DNA of 32,000 nucleotides from Mycobacterium sp. SM1. Lineage in GTDB: Bacteria; Actinomycetota; Actinomycetes; Mycobacteriales; Mycobacteriaceae. The notes beneath the pieces are model-generated. The model made no database searches, was not told the origin of the DNA, and saw only the letters and a list, made by a program, of their open reading frames with translations. Below are positions 25,629 to 32,000 of this stretch, piece by piece; position 1 is the first letter of the stretch, and each line of letters begins with the position of its first letter. Both the position numbers and the translations under genes were made by a program. Location: positions 104,501 through 136,500 of the forward strand of contig NZ_JAFLNH010000003.1 of NCBI RefSeq assembly GCF_018361265.1. The letters run 5' to 3'.

Positions 25629-26930
25629 ATGGCTTCCAAAGCGAATACCGAGGACGGGGTGGGCGCCGGTGCGGTCGAAATCACCGATGCCAGCGGGGTT
25701 GACACCTCCGGCGCCGTGATCGGGGCGGCGCGGCATAACTTCTTCACCCGGCTCTATACCGGCACCGGCGCGTTCGAGGTGGTGGGACGCCGCCGGCTGT
25801 GGTTCGGGGTCAGCGGAATGATCGTGGCGATCGCGATCGCCAGCATCGTGCTTCGCGGGTTCACCTTCGGCATCGATTTCAAGGGCGGCACCACGGTGTC
25901 GTTCCCGCGCGGCAGCGGGGATCGGCAAGTGCAGGTGGCCCAGGTCGAAGACGTCTTTCGGCACACGCTGGGCAAAGACCCGGAGGCAGTGGTCATCGTG
26001 GGCAGCGGCGCCTCGGCGAGCGTGCACATCCGCTCCGAAACGCTGTCCAATGACCAGACCGCGAAACTGCGCAACGCCTTGTTCGACGCGTTTCATCCCA
26101 ACGGCGCCGACGGGCAGCCCAGCAAACAAGCCATCAGCGACTCCGCGGTGTCGTCGACGTGGGGCGGTCAGATCACCAAGAAGGCGCTGATCGCGCTGGT
26201 GGTGTTTCTGGTGCTGGTCGCGCTCTACATCACCGTGCGCTACGAGCGCTACATGGCGGTCGCCGCGCTGACCACGATGTGCTTCGACCTGACCGTCACC
26301 GCCGGGGTGTATGCGCTGGTGGGCTTCGAGGTCACCCCGGCCACCGTCATCGGTCTGCTGACGATCCTGGGTTTCTCCCTGTACGACACCGTCATCGTGT
26401 TCGACAAGATCGAGGAGAACACCCACGGCTTCCAGCACACCACCCGGCGGACCTTCGCCGAGCAGGCCAACCTCGCCATCAACCAGACGTTCATGCGCTC
26501 GATCAACACCAGCCTGATCTCGGTGCTGCCGGTGATGGCCCTGCTGGTGGTGGCGGTGTGGCTGCTGGGTATCGGCACACTAAAGGATTTGGCGCTGGTC
26601 CAGCTGGTCGGCATCCTGGTGGGCACCTACTCGTCGATCTTCGTCGCCACCCCGCTGCTGGTCACCCTGCGGGAGCGCACCGAGCTGGTGCGTACCCACA
26701 CCCGCCGGGTGCTGCGCCGGCGTCACTCGACCGTCCCGGCGGGATCGCCCGCTGATGACGCCGCGGATCCGGCGCAGGAGGAGAGCGCCGACACGTTATC
26801 CCTGGACGAGACGGCGGCGCCGACTCCGCGGACGCCCGGCACCAAACCGGCTCCGGGCGCACGGCCGGCGCGCCCAGCCGGCGGCCGCCGGGGACGTCCG
26901 GCAGGTAAACGGCACGCCGGGCGGCGTTAG
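25629..26930 (+). CDS. secF: protein translocase subunit SecF
   Basis: The track ORF is trimmed to the ATG at 25629 (MASKANTED...), 4 nt after the secD TAA. The conserved core is FTFGIDFKGGT...ILGFSLYDTVIVFDKIEEN. The basic Pro-rich tail matches Mtb SecF. Confidence 0.95.
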   Translation: MASKANTEDGVGAGAVEITDASGVDTSGAVIGAARHNFFTRLYTGTGAFEVVGRRRLWFGVSGMIVAIAIASIVLRGFTFGIDFKGGTTVSFPRGSGDRQVQVAQVEDVFRHTLGKDPEAVVIVGSGASASVHIRSETLSNDQTAKLRNALFDAFHPNGADGQPSKQAISDSAVSSTWGGQITKKALIALVVFLVLVALYITVRYERYMAVAALTTMCFDLTVTAGVYALVGFEVTPATVIGLLTILGFSLYDTVIVFDKIEENTHGFQHTTRRTFAEQANLAINQTFMRSINTSLISVLPVMALLVVAVWLLGIGTLKDLALVQLVGILVGTYSSIFVATPLLVTLRERTELVRTHTRRVLRRRHSTVPAGSPADDAADPAQEESADTLSLDETAAPTPRTPGTKPAPGARPARPAGGRRGRPAGKRHAGRR

Positions 26931-26934
26931 CCAG

Positions 26935-28593
26935 ATGGCGAGGTGGCGCGCGGCCGTCGCAGGGCTGGCGGTGACGGTGGTGGCCGCCGGCACGGGAACG
27001 CTTTCGGGGTGTTCGGGTACTGCCGCCGCCGAGATCACCTATGTGGTCGATGGGGCGCTCACCACGTACAACACCAATACCGTTGACGGCGCGGCATCGG
27101 GAGGGGCGCAGGCGTTCGCCCGCACGCTGACCGGTTTCGGCTACCACGGGCCCGACGGGCAGGTTGTCTCCGACCATGACTTCGGGACGATCTCGGTGGT
27201 CGGTGGCGAGCCCCTGGTGCTCGATTACCAAATCGCCGCCAACGCCGTCTATTCCGACGGAAAGCCAATCACCTGTGATGACTTGGTGCTGGCCTGGGCG
27301 GCCCAGTCCGGGCAGTACCCGAGCTTCGCCGCCGCCAGCCAGGCCGGCTACGTCGACATCGCCCGCGTCGACTGCGTGCCGGGGCAGAAGAAAGCCCGGG
27401 TGTCGTTCGCCCCGGACCGCAGCATCGTCGACTACCACCAGCTGTTCACCGCGACCTCGATGATGCCGTCGCACGTTATCGCCGACGAGTTGGGTGTCGA
27501 CGTGACCGCCGCGCTGCTCGCCCACAACACGCCCGTGATTGACCGCATCGCCCGGCTGTGGAATACCCTCTGGGACCTCAAGCCGGGTCTGCAACCCGAC
27601 GCCGTCAGGAAACGCTTCCCGTCGTCGGGACCCTACCGGCTCGACCGGGTGCTCGACGGCGGCGCGGTGGCACTGGTCGCAAATGAGCGCTGGTGGGGCA
27701 GCAAACCGGCCACCAAACGGGTCACGGTGCGATCAGCCGGAGCCGACATCCAAGACCGGCTTAACAAGCGCGGCGTTGATGTCCTCGACGTCGCGGCCGG
27801 GTCGTTGGGCGCGCTGATCACCCCGGACGGCTACCAGCGCGCCGACTCGCCGTCGGATGGGATCGAGCAACTGATCTTTGCGCCGCAAGGACCGCTGGCG
27901 CAGATTTCCGCGCGGCGGGCGCTGGCCCTGTGCACGCCGCGCGATGTCATCGCGCGCGACGCCGCCGTGCCGATCGCCAACGCACGGCTCAACCCGACCC
28001 TCGACGACGCCGTCGGCGAGGGCGACAGCGCCCCGCCGGCCGGGCAGTTCGACAAGCCCGATCCGGTGGCCGCCCGGGCCGCGGTCGGGAACTCGCCGCT
28101 GGCGGTGCGCATCGGCTACCGGGCCCCCAACGCGCGGCTGGCCACCACCGCCGGAATGATCGCCAAGGCGTGCGCGCCGGCCGGACTCACCGTCTCCGAC
28201 GTTGCCTCGGACTCCACCGGGCCGCAGTCGCTGAGGGACGGACGCGTCGACGTGCTGCTGGCCAGCACGGGCGGAGCCACCGGCAGCGGCTCGACCGGAT
28301 CGTCCGCGATGGACGCCTATGACCTGCACACCGGCAATGGCAACAACCTCTCCGGGTACAGCAACGGGCAGATCGACCGCATCATCGGTGCCCTGACGGT
28401 GTCCGCCGACGCCGGCGAGCGGGCGCGGTTGCTGGCTGAAAGCGCCCCGATCCTCTGGGCCGACATGCCCACGCTGCCGCTGTACCGCCAGCAGCGGACC
28501 CTGCTGATGCCGAAGAAAATGTATGCCGTGAGCGCCAATCCGACCCGCTGGGGCGCCGGCTGGAACATGGACCGCTGGGTGCTGGTGCGGTGA
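26935..28593 (+). CDS. lipoprotein, ABC-type solute-binding protein family 5 (OppA/DppA-like; Rv2585c-like)
   Basis: The track ORF is trimmed to the ATG at 26935. The signal peptide plus lipobox is [26 protein letters not shown]. The position between secF and apt matches Mtb Rv2585c. Confidence 0.85.
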   Translation: MARWRAAVAGLAVTVVAAGTGTLSGCSGTAAAEITYVVDGALTTYNTNTVDGAASGGAQAFARTLTGFGYHGPDGQVVSDHDFGTISVVGGEPLVLDYQIAANAVYSDGKPITCDDLVLAWAAQSGQYPSFAAASQAGYVDIARVDCVPGQKKARVSFAPDRSIVDYHQLFTATSMMPSHVIADELGVDVTAALLAHNTPVIDRIARLWNTLWDLKPGLQPDAVRKRFPSSGPYRLDRVLDGGAVALVANERWWGSKPATKRVTVRSAGADIQDRLNKRGVDVLDVAAGSLGALITPDGYQRADSPSDGIEQLIFAPQGPLAQISARRALALCTPRDVIARDAAVPIANARLNPTLDDAVGEGDSAPPAGQFDKPDPVAARAAVGNSPLAVRIGYRAPNARLATTAGMIAKACAPAGLTVSDVASDSTGPQSLRDGRVDVLLASTGGATGSGSTGSSAMDAYDLHTGNGNNLSGYSNGQIDRIIGALTVSADAGERARLLAESAPILWADMPTLPLYRQQRTLLMPKKMYAVSANPTRWGAGWNMDRWVLVR

Positions 28594-29123
28594 GCCCGGG
28601 TGAGTCTATCGGCGAAATCATCGCATCGCTGACCCGCGAGGTGGCCGACTTTCCGACCGCGGGCACCCAGTTCATGGATCTCACCCCGCTCTTCGCCGAC
28701 CGCCGCGGGTTGGCGGCGGTGACCGACGCCCTGGCCGCCGTCGCATCCGGCGCCGACCTGATCGCGGGCCTAGATGCCCGCGGATTCCTGGTGGCAGCGG
28801 CCGTCGCCACCCGGCTGGGCACCGGCGTGCTGGCCATTCGCAAGGGCGGCAAGCTGCCGCCGCCGGTGCGCACCGAGACCTACACCCTGGAATACGCCAC
28901 CGCCACCCTGGAAATCCCCGCCGATGGCATCGCGCTGGCGGGCCGCAGGGTGGTCGTCGTCGACGACGTGCTGGCCACCGGCGGCACCATTGCAGCGGCG
29001 TGTCGGCTGCTCGGGCACAGCGGCGCCCGGGTGACCGCGGCTGCGGTGGTGTTGGAGCTGACGGCACTGGGGGGCCGGGGCACGGTGGCTCCGGTGCCGG
29101 TCTACAGCTTGCGGCGTGTCTGA
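28590..29123 (+). CDS. apt: adenine phosphoribosyltransferase
   Basis: The GTG start overlaps the lipoprotein stop (GTGA). The PRPP-binding motif is [13 protein letters not shown], and the APRT N-terminal pattern is [15 protein letters not shown]. Confidence 0.92.
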   Translation: MSPGESIGEIIASLTREVADFPTAGTQFMDLTPLFADRRGLAAVTDALAAVASGADLIAGLDARGFLVAAAVATRLGTGVLAIRKGGKLPPPVRTETYTLEYATATLEIPADGIALAGRRVVVVDDVLATGGTIAAACRLLGHSGARVTAAAVVLELTALGGRGTVAPVPVYSLRRV

Positions 29124-29154
29124 GCGATATCCTGGAGCAGCGGAGGTGAGCAAG

Positions 29155-31518
29155 GTGGCGGACGACCCGGGTGCGGTGCAAGCCCTGCCACCGGCCGTCC
29201 CGGCGCCGCCGGTTGCCGACGCCTTGCCGGCCGAGGAGCGGGTGGGGCTGCGGATCGGCACCAGCGCGTCGCGCCGGGTGCGGGCGCGGTTGGCGCGGCG
29301 GATGACCGCCCAGCGCGGCACCATCAACCCGGTGCTGGAGCCCCTGATCGCGGTGCACCGGCAGATCTACCCCAAAGCCGACCTGGCGCTGCTGCAACGG
29401 GCCTACGAGGTCGCCGAGCAGCGCCACGCCAGCCAATTGCGGCGGTCCGGGGATCCCTATATCACCCACCCGCTGGCCGTCGCCAACATCCTGGCCGAGC
29501 TGGGCATGGACACCACCACCCTGGTGGCCGCACTGCTGCACGACACCGTCGAGGACACCGGCTACAGCCTTGCGCAGCTATGCGCGGACTTCGGTGAGGA
29601 GGTCGGCCATCTGGTCGACGGAGTGACCAAGCTGGATCGGGTGGTTCTGGGCAGCGCCGCCGAGGGCGAGACCATCCGCAAGATGATCACCGCGATGGCC
29701 CGCGATCCGCGGGTGTTGGTGATCAAGGTGGCCGACCGGCTGCACAACATGCGCACCATGCGTTTCCTGCCGCCGGAGAAGCAGGTTCGCAAGGCGCGTG
29801 AAACGCTGGAAGTCATTGCCCCGCTTGCGCATCGGCTGGGCATGGCTAGCGTCAAGTGGGAGCTGGAAGACCTGGCGTTCGCCATCCTGCACCCCAAGAA
29901 GTACGAGGAGATCGTGCGGCTGGTGGCTGACCGGGCGCCGTCGCGGGATATCTACCTGGCCAAGGTCCGAGCCGAGATCATCAACACGCTGAGCGCCTCG
30001 AAGATCAAAGCGACGGTGGAAGGCCGCCCCAAGCACTACTGGTCGATCTACCAGAAGATGATCGTCAAAGGCCGTGATTTCGACGACATCCACGACCTGG
30101 TCGGCATTCGCATCCTCTGCGAGGAGATTCGCGACTGTTATGCGGCTGTGGGCGTGGTGCATTCGCTGTGGCAGCCGATGGCGGGCCGGTTCAAAGACTA
30201 CATCGCCCAGCCACGATACGGCGTATACCAGTCGCTGCACACCACGGTCATTGGGCCCGAGGGCAAGCCACTGGAAGTGCAGATCCGCACCCACGACATG
30301 CACCGCACCGCCGAGTACGGTATCGCTGCGCACTGGCACTACAAAGAAGCAAAGGGCCGCAATGGGATTCCGCATCCTCATGCAGCAGCCGAGATCGACG
30401 ACATGGCGTGGATGCGTCAACTGCTCGACTGGCAGCGAGAGGCCGCAGACCCCGGCGAATTCCTGGAGGCTCTGCGCTACGACCTTGCGGTGCAAGAGAT
30501 TTTCGTGTTCACCCCGAAGGGCGACGTGATCACGCTGCCCGCGGGGTCGACACCGGTGGACTTCGCATATGCGATCCACACCGAGGTCGGGCACCGCTGC
30601 ATCGGGGCCCGCGTCAACGGGCGGCTGGTGGCGCTCGAACGCAAACTGGAAAACGGGGAAGTCGTCGAAATTTTCACGTCGAAAGCCCCTAACGCCGGGC
30701 CGTCGCGCGACTGGCAGCAGTTCGTGGTCTCACCGCGCGCCAAGGCCAAGATCCGGCAGTGGTTCGCCAGGGAGCGCCGCGAGGAGGCACTGGAGTCCGG
30801 TAAAGAGGCGATGGCCCGCGAAGTGCGTCGCGGCGGACTTCCGTTGCAGCGCTTAGTGAACGGCGAGTCTATGGCCGCGGTAGCGCGCGAGCTGCACTAC
30901 AGCGACGTATCCGCGCTCTACACCGCGATCGGCGAAGGACACGTGTCGGCCAAACATGTGGTGCAGCGGCTGGTCGCGCAGCTGGGCGGTATCGACCAGG
31001 CCGAGGAGGAACTCGCCGAACGGTCTACGCCGGCGACGATGCCGCGGCGGGCGCGCCGCACCGACGACACCGGCGTCGCAGTTCCCGGCGCCCCGGGGGT
31101 GCTGACCAAGCTGGCCAAATGCTGCACGCCAGTTCCCGGAGACCAGATCATGGGGTTTGTCACCCGGGGCGGCGGGGTCAGCGTGCACCGCACCGACTGC
31201 ACCAACGCCGCCGCGCTGCAGCGGCAGAGCGAGCGGATCATCGAGGTGCGCTGGGCTCCGTCACCGTCGTCGGTGTTCCTGGTGGCGATTCAGGTGGAGG
31301 CGCTGGACCGCCACCGGTTGCTGTCGGATGTGACCCGCGCCCTGGCCGATGAGAAGGTCAACATCTTATCGGCGACGGTCACCACGTCCAACGACCGGGT
31401 GGCGATCAGCCGGTTCACCTTCGAGATGGGCGATCCCAAGCACCTTGGGCATCTGCTGGACGTCGTCCGCAACGTCGAGGGCGTCTACGACGTCTACCGA
31501 GTGACGTCGGCGGCCTGA
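29155..31518 (+). CDS. relA: bifunctional (p)ppGpp synthetase/hydrolase Rel
   Basis: Colinear with Mtb Rel as recalled, with HD hydrolase (HDTVEDT), synthetase ([12 protein letters not shown]), TGS and ACT regions. The preferred start is GTG at 29155, with GGAGG 8 nt upstream, giving VADD versus Mtb MAED. The track start, GTG at 29116, overlaps apt and is the alternative. Confidence 0.93.
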   Translation: MADDPGAVQALPPAVPAPPVADALPAEERVGLRIGTSASRRVRARLARRMTAQRGTINPVLEPLIAVHRQIYPKADLALLQRAYEVAEQRHASQLRRSGDPYITHPLAVANILAELGMDTTTLVAALLHDTVEDTGYSLAQLCADFGEEVGHLVDGVTKLDRVVLGSAAEGETIRKMITAMARDPRVLVIKVADRLHNMRTMRFLPPEKQVRKARETLEVIAPLAHRLGMASVKWELEDLAFAILHPKKYEEIVRLVADRAPSRDIYLAKVRAEIINTLSASKIKATVEGRPKHYWSIYQKMIVKGRDFDDIHDLVGIRILCEEIRDCYAAVGVVHSLWQPMAGRFKDYIAQPRYGVYQSLHTTVIGPEGKPLEVQIRTHDMHRTAEYGIAAHWHYKEAKGRNGIPHPHAAAEIDDMAWMRQLLDWQREAADPGEFLEALRYDLAVQEIFVFTPKGDVITLPAGSTPVDFAYAIHTEVGHRCIGARVNGRLVALERKLENGEVVEIFTSKAPNAGPSRDWQQFVVSPRAKAKIRQWFARERREEALESGKEAMAREVRRGGLPLQRLVNGESMAAVARELHYSDVSALYTAIGEGHVSAKHVVQRLVAQLGGIDQAEEELAERSTPATMPRRARRTDDTGVAVPGAPGVLTKLAKCCTPVPGDQIMGFVTRGGGVSVHRTDCTNAAALQRQSERIIEVRWAPSPSSVFLVAIQVEALDRHRLLSDVTRALADEKVNILSATVTTSNDRVAISRFTFEMGDPKHLGHLLDVVRNVEGVYDVYRVTSAA

Positions 31519-31537
31519 CTCATCCGCGAGGAGACGC

Positions 31538-31573
31538 AAAAGCCCCCTGACGTGCGGCGTGTCGGGGGCTTTT
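31538..31573. terminator. bidirectional intrinsic terminator between convergent relA and ppiB
   Basis: AAAAGCCCCC (31538-47) pairs perfectly with GGGGGCTTTT (31564-73) across a 16-nt loop. The A-tract on one side and T-tract on the other give a U-tail in either direction. Confidence 0.75.
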
Positions 31574-31590
31574 GTGAGTGCTGGCGCAAC

Positions 31591-32000
31591 CTAGTCCAGC
31601 CGCACCGACTTGATCGTGACCTCGGTGGCGGGCGGGCCGTCCTCGCCACCGCCGGCGACGCCGGCTTTGGCGATGGTGTCCAGGGTGGCCAACCCGTCCT
31701 GCTGGATGGTCCCGAACACCGTGTACTCGGGGGGTAGCGCGGAATCCTTGTACACCATGAAGAACTGGCTGCCGTTGGTGTTGGGCCCGGAGTTGGCCAT
31801 GGCCAGCGTGCCGCGCGGGTAGACGACCGGCCGGTGCAGCGCGGGGTCGCCGGGCGGGTACTGGTCGGTGGGGTATTCGTTGGCGAACTGATATCCGGGC
31901 CCGCCGGCGCCCTGGCCCGTCGGGTCGCCACACTGCAGCACGCCCAGCGTCGGGGACGTGGTCAGCCGGTGACACGTGGTGTCATCGAAGAACCCCTGCT
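31591..32000 (-). CDS. ppiB: cyclophilin-type peptidyl-prolyl cis-trans isomerase, C-terminal part; 5' end beyond the window
   Basis: Cyclophilin motifs are LQCGDPTGQGAGGPGYQFANE, GTLAMANSGPNTNGSQFFMVY and YTVFG. The frame stays open upstream of the track Met (FFDDTTCHRLTTSPTLGV...) to the window edge. The position next to relA matches Mtb Rv2582. Confidence 0.88.
   Translation of the reverse strand, partial: QGFFDDTTCHRLTTSPTLGVLQCGDPTGQGAGGPGYQFANEYPTDQYPPGDPALHRPVVYPRGTLAMANSGPNTNGSQFFMVYKDSALPPEYTVFGTIQQDGLATLDTIAKAGVAGGGEDGPPATEVTIKSVRLD

Noticed and set aside
1-32000. I searched for tRNA/rRNA genes, CRISPR arrays, IS or transposase genes, integrases, toxin-antitoxin pairs and known defence-system genes.
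   Set aside because: None was recognised by eye in any frame or spacer. The gaps between genes are short and are accounted for by the regulatory and repeat features listed.

Overview
This is a high-GC chromosomal segment from a slow-growing Mycobacterium. Gene order is colinear, in inverted orientation, with M. tuberculosis H37Rv Rv2622 to Rv2582 as I recall that map. Most of the window is conserved core, on the + strand unless noted. It holds thrS, a HIT/Ap4A-phosphorylase gene and the PIM-biosynthesis operon pgsA1-patA-pimA-Nudix. These are followed by pdxS-tesB2-pdxT, yebC, ruvCAB with an SOS box, and gabT (-). The right part holds yajC-secD-secF, an OppA/DppA-like lipoprotein, apt, relA and the 3' part of ppiB (-). 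Start/stop overlaps of 1, 4 or 8 nt link many of these genes into translationally coupled chains. There are four variable parts. (1) The left 5.3 kb has the 5' end of a CtaD-like oxidase subunit I gene (absent from the ORF track because it runs off the edge) and two paralogous winged-HTH regulators with a shared Cys3-His signature. It also has a methyltransferase coupled to a DUF2249-cupin fusion, a 7Fe ferredoxin coupled to the second regulator and a small membrane protein, and an aldo-keto reductase. (2) A PPE-then-PE pair in non-canonical order sits at the PPE42 position; the PE protein carries a C-terminal PE-PPE serine-hydrolase domain. (3) A nitroreductase gene lies upstream of gabT. (4) Several intergenic regions are rich in repeats or predicted structure, notably the yajC leader, the ferredoxin/DUF2249 divergent promoter and the region upstream of the aldo-keto reductase. 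I found no rRNA, tRNA, CRISPR array, IS element, phage gene or recognisable defence system by eye. The most novel-looking item is the uncharacterised redox-themed cluster at the left end, and its function is inferred, not shown.
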